Assembly: GCA_916438625.1 (NCBI GenBank)
Contig: CAKAFE010000001.1
Coordinates: 658,445 to 722,444 of the forward strand
Length of the DNA stretch: 64,000 nt
Reading direction: 5' to 3'
Origin: an uncultured Selenomonas sp.
GTDB taxonomy: Bacteria; Bacillota; Negativicutes; Selenomonadales; Selenomonadaceae
Position 1 is the stretch's first letter, and each line of letters begins with the position of its first letter. The translations under genes and the position numbers were made by a program. Below, in pieces: positions 1 to 10,013 of the stretch. The notes beneath the pieces were generated by a model. The model was not told the DNA's origin and searched no databases. It saw only the letters and a program-made list of their open reading frames with translations.

Positions 1-1229
1 AAGCTGCGCGCTCTCGGCATAGAGCTGGTCTTCGGTGCGCAGGAAGAGGCGCTTCTCGATGGCTGCAGCCTGCTCTTGCTCTCGCCTGCCGTGCCCATCG
101 CCATCCCGCTGGCCAGCGCGGCGAAGAGGCGCGGCATCCGCATCACGAGCGAGGTGGAGCTGGCGGCGTCACGGCGCGGTCGCCAATCTTCGCGGTGACG
201 GGGACGAACGGCAAGACGACGACGACGACCCTCCTGGGTCTTCTCCTTGCCGAGCGGTTCGGCAAGGAGAAGACGCGCGTCGGCGGCAACATCGGCTATC
301 CGCTCTCGGAAGCCGTGCTGGAGGCGGGAGAGGGCGGTGCAGTCGCCGCCGAGATTTCGAGCTACCAGATGGAGGCGACGGAGCATTTCCGTCCGAAGGC
401 AGCCGCCGTATTGAACGTGACGCCCGACCACATCAAGCGCCACGGCTCGATGGAAGTCTATCAGGCGATGAAGGAGCGGCTCTTTGGCGAGATGGCGGCG
501 GGCGACTGGCTCGTCTTGAACTACGACGACGAGAGGACGCGCTCGATGAAGGAGCGCGCCGCTTGCCCCGTATTCTTCTTCAGCTGCAAAGAAGCGCTCG
601 AAGAGGGCGCCGTGCTGCTGGAAGGCAGGCTCGTCCTGCGCCGGGGCGGCGAGGAAATTGCGCTCGTGACGCAGGACGAACTGGGCATCAAGGGGGCGCA
701 CAACGTGGAGAACGCGCTCGCAGCGGCGGCGATGGCGCATCTCGCGGGCGTCGAGCCGGAGGCGATCCGCCGCGTGCTGCGCGCTTTCAAGGGCGTCGAG
801 CACCGCATCGAACATTTCCTCGACATCGAGGGCGTCGCCTGGTACAACGATTCCAAGGCGACGAACACGGACTCGGCGATCAAGGCGCTCGAATCCTTCG
901 AGAACGGCATCGTCCTCATCGCGGGCGGCGACGACAAGATGACCGACCTGACGGACTTCATGCGCCTCGTCAAGGAGCGCTGCACGGAGCTGATCCTCGT
1001 CGGCGACGCTGCGGTGCGCTTCGCTGACGCCGCGCGCGCGGCGGGCTTTCCCGGCGAGCACATCCACGATGCCGCCTACTCGATGAAGACGGCGGTATAC
1101 ATCGCCCGCCGTTTGGCGAAGCCGCCCGCCGTCGTGCTCTTGTCGCCCGCGTGCGCAAGCTTCGACATGTTCGACGGTTTCGAGGAGCGCGGCGAGGTGT
1201 TCAAGCGGCTCGCGGGCGAGCTGGCATGA
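1..1229 (+). CDS. murD: UDP-N-acetylmuramoyl-L-alanine--D-glutamate ligase (5' truncated, frameshift ~165-190)
   Basis: TGTNGKTTTT P-loop, GGNIG, EISSYQ, NVTPDH, EHRIE, NDSKATN, LLSPACASFDMF. Confidence 0.95.
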   Translation, partial: AARSRHRAGLRCAGRGASRWLQPALALACRAHRHPAGQRGEEARHPHHERGGAGGVTARSPIFAVTGTNGKTTTTTLLGLLLAERFGKEKTRVGGNIGYPLSEAVLEAGEGGAVAAEISSYQMEATEHFRPKAAAVLNVTPDHIKRHGSMEVYQAMKERLFGEMAAGDWLVLNYDDERTRSMKERAACPVFFFSCKEALEEGAVLLEGRLVLRRGGEEIALVTQDELGIKGAHNVENALAAAAMAHLAGVEPEAIRRVLRAFKGVEHRIEHFLDIEGVAWYNDSKATNTDSAIKALESFENGIVLIAGGDDKMTDLTDFMRLVKERCTELILVGDAAVRFADAARAAGFPGEHIHDAAYSMKTAVYIARRLAKPPAVVLLSPACASFDMFDGFEERGEVFKRLAGELA

Positions 1230-1257
1230 GGTTCAAGCAAGACGAAGGGGAATGGGC

Positions 1258-2366
1258 ATGAAGATCATCGTTTCGGGCGGCGGCACGGGTGGCCACATAT
1301 ATCCGGCCTGACGCTCGTGCGCGCTCTTGCCAAGAAGGAGAGCGCGGCGGAATTTCTCTACGTTGGCACGCAGAAAGGCACGGAGGCCGACATCATACCG
1401 AAGGAAGGCATCCCCTTTGAAACCGTCGATATCGAGGGGCTTGAGCGCAGTTTCTCGCCCGCGAACATCGTGCGGCTCGGACGCGCCATGCACGGCCTTG
1501 CAGAGGCGGCGGCCATCGTGCGCCGCTTCCGTCCCGACGTCGCGATCGGCACGGGCGGCTACGTCTGCGGGCCGATCCTCATGGCGGCGAGTCTCGCGCA
1601 TGTGCCGACGCTCATTCAGGAGCAGAACGTCGTGCCCGGCGTGACGAACAAGATCTTGTCGAAGTTCGTGACGAAGATCGCCGTCGGCGCGGAAGAGGCT
1701 ATGTGTCGCTTCCCGCGCAAGAAGGCGGTCTTTACGGGAAATCCCATCCGGCGCGAGGTCATGACGGCGAGCCGCGAGAAGGCGTTCGAAAAGTTCGGCT
1801 TCGACCCGAAGAAGCGCACGGTGCTCGTCTCGGGCGGCAGCCGCGGCGCGAGGAGCATCGACCGCGCGATGGTCGGCGTGCTGAAAGCGGCGCAGGATTA
1901 TCCCGCGGTACAGTTCCTGCTCGTCACGGGCAAGGGCGAATACGAGGATGTGATGCGCCGCCTGAAGGAAGCGGAGGTGGATCTCGTCGCCTCGCCGCAC
2001 ATCCGGGTCGAGCCGTATCTCTACGATATGCCCGAGGCGATGGCGATGGCGGATCTCGCCGTCTTTCGCGCGGGCGCGACGGGACTGGCCGAACTGATGG
2101 CGCGCGGCGTGCCCGCGATCCTCGTGCCGTATCCGTACGCGGCGGAGAACCATCAGGAGTACAATGCGCGCGCACTTGAGCGCGCGGGCGCGGCGCGCGT
2201 GATCTTGGATCGCGATCTCACGGACAAGACGCTTTCGGCTCTGCTCGGCGAGCTTCTGTCGGAGAGCGGCAAGCTGCAGCGCATGGCGGAGGCGAGCCGT
2301 GCGCTCGGCCGTCCCGAGGCGGCGGATGAGATCGCCGATCTCGTGCTGGAGATCGCAAGGAGATAG
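1258..2366 (+). CDS. murG: Lipid II GlcNAc transferase (frameshift ~1305)
   Basis: MKIIVSGGGTGGHIYPA from ATG 1258; GTGGYV, QEQN, TGNPIR, GGSRGA, RAGAT, HQEYNA. Confidence 0.95.
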
Positions 2367-2389
2367 AGAGGTTGTAGGAGGGGAAAGCG

Positions 2390-3775
2390 GTGCTGAAGGA
2401 CATCCACAAGATTCATTTTGTCGGGATCGGCGGGGCAGGCATGAGCGCACTCGCGCGCATCTTGCTGGAAAAAGGCTATGAGGTGACGGGGTCGGATCTC
2501 GGCAGCTCGCCTTTGCTCGAGCAGCTCAAGGGGCTTGGCGCCCACATTCATCAGGGACACAGGGCAGAGAACGTCCGCGGGGCGGATGCCATCGTCGTCT
2601 CGACGGCGATCCCGGAAGAAAAACCCCGAGATCGTCGAGGCGGCGCGCCTCGGCCTGCGCCGCTTCCATCGCTCCGACATCAACGCCGCGCTCCTCAACG
2701 CGGCGAAGGGCATCGCCGTCGCCGGTGCGCACGGCAAGACGACGACGACCTCGATGCTCGGCGTCGCGCTCGACCATGCGGGCATTTCGCCGACCATCAT
2801 CATCGGTGGCGAGGTTGACGTCCTGGGCGGCAATGCGAAGCTCGGCAAGGGCGAATACCTCGTCTCCGAAGCCGACGAGAGCGACGGATCGTTCCTGAAG
2901 CTCCTGCCGCACATCGCCGTCGTCACGAACATCGAGGACGACCACCTCGACCACTACGGCACACTCGACAACATCCGCAAGGCGTTCCGCGAATTTTTGG
3001 GGAACATCAAGCCGGGGCAGCCACGCCGTCCTGTGCTTCGACAACGAGAACGTGCGCGAGATCGCGAAGACGCTCGATGTCAAGGTCGTCTCCTACGCGA
3101 TCGACCATGAGGGCGGACTACCGCGCCGGCAAGATCGAGATGCACGGCGCGGGCGTCGACTTCTCCGTGCTGCGGGGCGGCGAAGACCTCGGCCGCGTGC
3201 GCCTCCATCTGCCCGGCAGGCACAACGTGCTCGACGCGCTCGCGACCGTTGTCACGGGGCTGTCCATCGGCCTGAGCGTCGAGCAGATGGCAGAGGGACT
3301 TGCGCTCTTTCACGGCGCGAAGCGTCGCTTCCAGACGAAGGGGCGCGTGCAGGGCGTCTGGGTCGTCGATGACTACGCGCACCATCCGACGGAGGTGGCG
3401 ACGACGCTCCTGGCGGCGCGCCAGACGAAGCCGGGGCGCATCGTCTGCGCCTTCCAGCCGCACCGCTACTCGCGGACGAAGCTTCTGGCGAAGGAGTTCG
3501 GCACGGCTTTTGGCGAAGCGGACGTCCTCGTCCTGACGGATGTCTACGCGGCGGGAGAAGCGCCCATCGAAGGCATATCGGGGCGCACGATCCTGGACGC
3601 CGTGCGGGAAGCCACAGGGCGGGAAGCGGCGTACATTCCCGAGCGCGCGGACGTCGCCTTGCATCTCGGTGCGATCGCAGAGCCCGGCGACATCGTGCTC
3701 ACGATGGGCGCGGGCGATATATGGAAGACGGGCGAGGAATTGGTCGCTCTTTTTGGAGGGGAAGTAAGTTCATGA
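2390..3775 (+). CDS. murC: UDP-N-acetylmuramate--L-alanine ligase (frameshifts ~2620, ~3020, ~3110)
   Basis: IHFVGIGGAGMS, AGAHGKTTTT, EADESDGSF, DDYAHHPTE, FQPHRYSRT across frames. Confidence 0.95.
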
Positions 3776-4710
3776 AGCAGGGAAAGATCGTCGTCGTCAT
3801 GGGCGGGTAGTCGAGCGAGGCCGAGGTTTCGCGCCGCACGGGAGCCGCCATCGTCAGCGCTCTCGAATCGAAAGGATACGAGGTCGAGGGCATGGAGCTC
3901 GACCCGCCGCGTTTCGCTGAGGCCATACGGGCGAGCGGCTGCGCCATCGTCTTCAACGCGCTGCACGGCAAGTACGGCGAGGACGGCGTGCTGCAGGGAA
4001 CGCTCGACATGCTCGGCATCCCCTATACGGGGTCGGGCGTGCTCGCCGCTGCCGTTACGATGGACAAGGTCATGTCGAAGCGCGTCTTCCTGGGGGCGGG
4101 AGTGACGACGCCGCGTGCGGAGACCTTCCACCGCTTCGAGCAGGATGCGGCGCTTCCCGCGCGTATCCTCCAGGCGTTCTCCCTGCCCGTCGTCATCAAG
4201 GCTTCGTCGCAGGGATCGAGCATCGGCGTCACCATCGTCGAGAAGGAGGAAGAGCTTGCCGCTGCGCTGGCGGACGCCTTCCGCTACGATGAGGCGTTGC
4301 TCGTCGAGGAGTTCATCCGCGGCAGGGAACTGACCGTCGCCGTCTGGGGCGACGCGCAGAGGGTGGAAGCCTTCCCTATCATCGAGATCACGACTGTTTC
4401 GGGGCGCTACGACTACGCGACGAAGTACACGAAGGGGGCGTCGGCGCACATCATCCCCGCGCCGATACCCGACGATGTGACCGCGCATGTGCAGGATCTC
4501 GCCGTGCGGGCTTTTCGCGCCTGTGGCTGCCGCGGCGTGGCGCGTGCTGACATGATGCTTGCGGAAGACATGACGCCCTATGTGCTTGAAATCAACTCGA
4601 TGCCGGGCATGACGGAGACGTCGCTCGTGCCTGACGCAGGGCGTGCCATGGGCATCGAGTTCCCCGAGCTTTGCGAAAGGATTTTGGCCATGGCGGGGTA
4701 CGGGGAGTAA
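3772..4710 (+). CDS. ddl: D-alanine--D-alanine ligase (in-frame TAG at 3808-3810)
   Basis: MKQGKIVVVMGG*SSEAEVS in frame with ALHGKYGEDG, GSSIGV, EINSMPGMT. Confidence 0.93.
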
Positions 4711-4749
4711 GGCGGAAAGACAAGAAGAGCAGGAAAGGAGGCGTCGGCC

Positions 4750-5538
4750 ATGGCGGAAGGAAGACAGGACCATCCAGGATTCACGGGGCCGGGCGCGCTG
4801 TATGAAGAGACATATATCGTGCGACGCCGCAGCCCGCGCCGCGTCCTCAAGGGCTTTCTCTTCCTCGTCGTCTCCGGCGCCCTTCTCGCCGTCGCCGTCT
4901 ACTCGCCGCTCTTTTCCGTGCGCGACGTGCGCGTCCTGGGCAACCATTACATGCCCAAGGAGGACATCTGCCGCGTCGCCGGCGTCTATCCCGGTGTGCC
5001 GCTCTTCGAGGTGAAGACGGCGGAGATGGCGCAGCTCCTGATGAAGGATCTTCGCGTCGAGCAGGCCGCCGTGCGCCGCTCCCTGCCCTCGACCCTTGAG
5101 ATCCAGGTCGTCGAGCGCCGCCCCGTCGCCACGGTCGACTGCGATTTCGGCTACGTCGACCTCGACCGCGAAGGCACGGTCATTGACGCTTACAAGACGC
5201 TGAAGAAAATGGCGATTCCCATGGTCACGGGCATCAAGCTCAAGGATATCTACATCGGCGATCAGACGACGGACGAAAACCTCAAGGCGGCGCTCACCTA
5301 TCTCTACGCCTTGCAGCCGGAGACGAACAGCCGGATCTCCGAGGTGTCGCTCAAGAATCCGAGCGACGTCATGGCATACACGACGGGCGGCGTGCAGATC
5401 CGCACGGGCGCGCTCGACCGTCTCGAAGAAAAAGCGCATCTGACGGACAGCTTCATCCTCGACCAGGAAATCAAGCAGCGTCCTGTCGAATACGTCGACT
5501 TCAAGTACACGGCGCCCTTCATCAAGTTCAAGCGGTAG
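4750..5538 (+). CDS. ftsQ: Cell division protein FtsQ/DivIB
   Basis: One N-terminal TM, POTRA-like segment, RRSLPSTLEIQVVERRP; dcw position. Confidence 0.85.
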   Translation: MAEGRQDHPGFTGPGALYEETYIVRRRSPRRVLKGFLFLVVSGALLAVAVYSPLFSVRDVRVLGNHYMPKEDICRVAGVYPGVPLFEVKTAEMAQLLMKDLRVEQAAVRRSLPSTLEIQVVERRPVATVDCDFGYVDLDREGTVIDAYKTLKKMAIPMVTGIKLKDIYIGDQTTDENLKAALTYLYALQPETNSRISEVSLKNPSDVMAYTTGGVQIRTGALDRLEEKAHLTDSFILDQEIKQRPVEYVDFKYTAPFIKFKR

Positions 5539-5634
5539 AAGAAGGCGCTAGAAGAACTTTTGATTCTGCGCTGGGACTGCCGTGTTGCTTCATCGTATTC
5601 ATCCGATTCATTCCGATATCTTGGGAGGCATTTT

Positions 5635-6338
5635 ATGATCAATTTCAAGCAGGGGGCGGTGGTCGATCGCCTTTGTCTGCATGGTGCTCGGCTTCATGCT
5701 TGCCGTCCAGTTTCGCGCGACGGAAGATCAGCGCCAGTCCGTGTCGCAGCAGCGCGTGGAGGAGCTGGCCACGCGCCTGTTGGAGACGGAGAAGGAGCGC
5801 GACCGCCTGCAGGACGAGCTGAAAGATACGAAGGAAGTGGCGGCGCAGGGGACGAGCAGCGACTACCAACGCATGAAGGGTGGTTTCACGGCGCTCGCAG
5901 GGCCGGGCGTCATCGTCACGCTCGACGACAGCAAGGCGACGTCGAAGGCGGGCGAGAATCCGAATCTCTACCTGATTCACGACGACGATCTCCTGCGCGT
6001 CATCAACGAGCTGCGCGCCGCAGGCGCTCGAGGCCGTGTCCATCAACGGGCAGAGACTCACGGGCACGTCGGAGATCCGCTGCGCGGGCCCGACGCTTTC
6101 CGTCAACAACGTGCGCTCGGCGCCGCCCTACAAGATCCACGCCATCGGCGATCCCGAAAGTCTGGAGAAGTCGATCAAGATGCGCGGCGGCGTCGAGGAC
6201 AGCTTGAAGGTCTGGGGCATACAGATCGACGTGAAGAAGGAAGAGAATGTCGAGGTGCCCGCATACAAGGGCGCGGCATCGTTCAAGTACGCGAAGGCCA
6301 TTGACGCGCTTTCGGATGAAAAGGAGGAGTCAAGATGA
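5635..6338 (+). CDS. DUF881 (YlxX-like) protein (frameshifts ~5655, ~6028)
   Basis: GFMLAVQ, GPGVIVTLDD, IHDDDLLRVINELRAAGA, SINGQR, IRCAG. Confidence 0.85.
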
Positions 6339-6709
6339 TCCTGCCCGTTCTCGGACTTTTCGTCGGCGTCGCCGTCGGCATGCTCTCGCCCTTGACCGTG
6401 CCGCTCGCTTACGCGAAGCTTTCCTCCGTCGCCTTGCTCGCCTCTCTAGACTCTGTGTTCGGCGGCCTGCGGGCGGCTTCAGAGAACCATTTCGACAATG
6501 CCGTGTTCATTTCGGGCTTTTTCATGAATGCCCTGATGGCGGCCTTCCTCGTCTATATCGGCGATCGCCTTGGCATCGATCTCTACTATGTGGCGCTCTT
6601 GGCATTCGGTCTGCGCGTATTCCAGAATCTGGCGATCTTGCGCCGCCATTTTTTTCGAAAAAGCATCATTGAGACGAGAAAAAGGGGAAAAAGCAAGCAT
6701 TTTTCATAA
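6335..6709 (+). CDS. sbp: Small basic protein Sbp (DUF1290)
   Basis: LASLDSVFGGLRA, FISGFF, RVFQNLAILRR; follows DUF881. Confidence 0.85.
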   Translation: MILPVLGLFVGVAVGMLSPLTVPLAYAKLSSVALLASLDSVFGGLRAASENHFDNAVFISGFFMNALMAAFLVYIGDRLGIDLYYVALLAFGLRVFQNLAILRRHFFRKSIIETRKRGKSKHFS

Positions 6710-6828
6710 TTTTTTTATGGCGCATGGATTAAAAATAATGATAGAATGGTAGGGAAACTTTTGAGAATGACTGCCGTGCGCCCTTGAAGGATGAGGGCAG
6801 ACTATGCTATATTTTGGGGGTTGCTATC

Positions 6829-7953
6829 GTGTTTGAATTGGATGATGCAGGGTTGGACAAGTTCGCCAAGATCAAGGTCATTGGCGTGGGCGGCGGCGGC
6901 GGGAACGCCGTGAACCGCATGATTGCGGCAGGGCTTCAGGGCGTGGAGTTCATCGCCGTCAATACGGATGCGCAGGCGCTCCTGCATGCGATGGCGCCGA
7001 AACGCATCCAGATCGGCGAGAAGCTCACGCGCGGCTTGGGCGCGGGTGCGCGTCCCGAGATCGGAGAGCAGGCGGCGGAAGAGAGCCGCGACGACATCCT
7101 GCAGTCACTGCAGGGCGCCGACATGGTTTTCGTGACCGCCGGCATGGGCGGCGGCACGGGCACGGGAGCCGCTCCTGTCGTCGCCGCCTGTGCGCGTGAG
7201 ATCGGCGCATTGACCGTCGGAGTCGTCACGCGCCCCTTCATGTTCGAGGGACGGATGCGCCAGAAGAAGGCGGAGTCGGGCATCGCGAAGCTGCAGCAGC
7301 ACGTCGACACGATCATCACGATTCCGAACGACCGCCTGCTGCAGGTCGTCGACAAGAAGACGTCGATCACGGACGCCTTCAGCCTCGCGGATGACATCCT
7401 GCGCCGGGGCGTCAAGGGCATCACCGACCTTATCGCCGTGCCGGGACTGATCAACCTCGACTTCGCCGACGTCAAGTCCATCATGAGCAATGCGGGATCG
7501 GCGCTCATGGGCATCGGCGAGGCGACGGGCGAGAACGCCGCCGTCGCCGCCGCCAAGTTCGCGATCGAATCGCCGCTTCTTGAGACGAGCATCGAAGGTG
7601 CACACGGCGTGCTCCTCAATATCACGGGATCGAAAGACACCCTCAGCATGTACGAGGTCAACGAAGCTTCGTCCACGATCCAGGAGGCGGTCAACGTCGA
7701 TGCGAACATCATCTTCGGCGCTGCCATCGACGAGACGCTCGGCGACATCGTGCGCGTGACCGTCATCGCGACGGGCTTCGACAACGACACGGTCGGCATC
7801 CAGCGCACCGCGGCGACGGCCGCGCAGCAAGGCGCGAAGCCCGCTGCGAAGCCCGGCGCAGCGCCCCTGCCCGACGCAGCCATGCCCATGCCGAAGGCGC
7901 CGGTCTTCAAGGACTTCGTCATTCCTGATTGGATGAACAAGAGGCGTGACTGA
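6829..7953 (+). CDS. ftsZ: Cell division GTPase FtsZ
   Basis: [27 protein letters not shown]-terminal IPDWM; GTG start assumed. Confidence 0.98.
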   Translation: MFELDDAGLDKFAKIKVIGVGGGGGNAVNRMIAAGLQGVEFIAVNTDAQALLHAMAPKRIQIGEKLTRGLGAGARPEIGEQAAEESRDDILQSLQGADMVFVTAGMGGGTGTGAAPVVAACAREIGALTVGVVTRPFMFEGRMRQKKAESGIAKLQQHVDTIITIPNDRLLQVVDKKTSITDAFSLADDILRRGVKGITDLIAVPGLINLDFADVKSIMSNAGSALMGIGEATGENAAVAAAKFAIESPLLETSIEGAHGVLLNITGSKDTLSMYEVNEASSTIQEAVNVDANIIFGAAIDETLGDIVRVTVIATGFDNDTVGIQRTAATAAQQGAKPAAKPGAAPLPDAAMPMPKAPVFKDFVIPDWMNKRRD

Positions 7954-7980
7954 AAACGCGAAGAAAAACAGCAGAGTACG

Positions 7981-8018
7981 GCAGGCGTCCTTCCGATGAC
8001 GGAAGGGCGCCTGCTTTG
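7981..8018 (+). terminator. Intrinsic terminator after ftsZ
   Basis: gcaggcgtccttcc / ggaagggcgcctgc then ttt. Confidence 0.65.
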
Positions 8019-8146
8019 CATGTGCTTGCTGCACAGGGAGCGCGGGTTTGTTAAAGGATTTTCAAGCAAAGATTTTCCGCCGTGCGCCTTGGTTTCGTGT
8101 TATAATAATCTTCAACTGGTTGAACAATCGAGGAGGCGGCGATCGT

Positions 8147-9581
8147 ATGAAGAAACGGGCACTGGGCATGGCTCTGGCGCGGCTTTTGCGTGGGGACGGC
8201 AGCGCCTGTTTTTGCGGCGCCGCCGCAGGTGCAGGCACAGAGGCCGGCGCAGGTGCAGGAGAAGCAGGCGGCGAAGACGCTGACGGGCGTGCGCTTCGGC
8301 ACGAGCGAGGAGCGTGAGCGCGTCGTGCTCGATCTGACGACGCTGCCCGCCTATGAGGTTCGCACGGAAAACGACGGGCAGAGGATCGTCCTCTTCCTCG
8401 CGGGGGCGAAGAGCCAGGCCGTACAGCCCGAGATTTCGGGCAGCATGGTTGAGCGCGTCCGCGTCTCGGCGGTGCCGCAGGGCGTCAAGATCGTCCTGGA
8501 TCTTGCGGCTCCGGTGCCTTATGAAGTCAAGACACTCGCAAATCCGGCACGCCTCTTCGTCGATGTGCAGAGAGAGTATGAGACCGTTTCCGAGGAAGAG
8601 CCTGCGCACGGCTTGAAGCTTTCGACGCTCAAGCGGCTCGACGCTCGCGGCCGTCTGACCGGCTGGGTTCTGGAGGCGGATCCCAGGCGCTATCGCGCCG
8701 TGCCCGCCCTGGCGAAAGGCATGGTGCCCGGACGCGCCACGGTCAGCGCGATCGCGGACATGACGAAGGCCGCCGCAGCAATCAATGCGTCCTACTTCGC
8801 GCCGAGCGGCGATATCCTCGGCTTCCTGAAGATGGACGGCACGGTCGTCGGCACGACCTATTTCCGTCGCAGCGCCGTGGGGTTCGCCGCCGACGGCCGG
8901 GCGTCTTTCGGGCCGATCGATTACAGCGGCACGGTGACGCTCGGCAGGCAGAGCCTTCCCGTGGGCGGCGTCGATGCGGAGCGCGGCGAGGACAGTCTCG
9001 TGATCTACAACCGTTACTACGGCCCGACGACGCGCACGAACGAGTACGGACAGGAGTACGTCGTCAAGGGCGGCAGGGTGGCCGCCATCTGCTCTGCGGA
9101 CAGCACGATTCCGAAAGACGGGCTTGTCATCTCGGTGCATGGCAAGGCTCAGGAGGACTTTGCGTCCGTCAAGGTCGGCGACGCCGCGAGGGTGACGGAA
9201 GAGATCGGCGAGCCGTGGGAGAATCTGCCGACGGTCATCGGCGCGGGTCCCATGCTCGTGAAGGACGGCGCCGTCTATGTGACGGCGGCGGAGGAGGAGT
9301 TTCCGCCCGACATCGCGCACGGCCGTGCGCCGCGCACGGCGTTCGGCGTGACGGCGGACGGCCGCTATCTGCTCGCCGTCGTCGATGGCCGCCAGTCGCA
9401 CAGCATTGGCTGCACGCTGCAGGAGATGGCGGAGTTCATGATGCAGTTCGGCGCCGTCCAGGCGATCAATTTCGACGGCGGCGGATCGAGCGCGCTCGTC
9501 GTCGCAGGAGAGCTGGAAAACAGCCCGTCCGATGGGGAAGAACGTGCGGTCGGCTCGGCGCTCGTGCTCTTGCCGCGCTGA
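8147..9581 (+). CDS. Exported AMIN-like domain plus phosphodiester glycosidase (NAGPA/DUF2233) protein (frameshift in signal peptide)
   Basis: RVVLDL/RLFVDV repeats; AINASYF, GAGPMLVKDG, PRTAFG, VVDGRQ, NFDGGGSS. Confidence 0.8.
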
Positions 9582-9651
9582 GGCGGCTTTCCGAAAAATC
9601 GCCAGTCTATTGGCACATATAGAAGAATCCGCTATAATGGAGGAGATGCAG

Positions 9652-9951
9652 ATGAAAAAAGCATTCGCAGTCTGTCTTTTCTTGGGAGTCATGATGTTCG
9701 CCGTTCATGCGTTGACGGCGGAGGCGGCAGTGGATGTGCATTCGAGCATTGCCGGAAAAGTCACATGGACGGCAGAGCCGGGCAGTGAGCTGACGGAGGG
9801 CGCGGAGATCGTGCGCGTGCAGACGCTGACGGGCGAGGTCGCGGCGGCGCGTGCCGAAGGTGGCTGCACGGTGGGCGAAGTGCTCGTGACCGTCGGCGAC
9901 GACGTTGCCGCAGGCGACGTCGTCGCGCGTGTGAAGATGCAGGGCGAATAG
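9652..9951 (+). CDS. Exported single biotin/lipoyl-like domain protein
   Basis: Signal peptide, SSIAGKV...GSELTEGAEIV...VLVTVGDDVAAGDVVARV. Confidence 0.7.
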   Translation: MKKAFAVCLFLGVMMFAVHALTAEAAVDVHSSIAGKVTWTAEPGSELTEGAEIVRVQTLTGEVAAARAEGGCTVGEVLVTVGDDVAAGDVVARVKMQGE

Positions 9952-10013
9952 AGGATGGAGGAATGCCGCGTGTGCAGCTCTCCCACTTGTACGAGGTGAT
10001 ATACTTGCTTAAT

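Noticed and set aside
3808..3810. Pyrrolysine or amber recoding
   Set aside because: TAG ends several genes normally, no pyl genes are in the window, and a parallel TAA lesion occurs in the same Gly-Pro context at 29719
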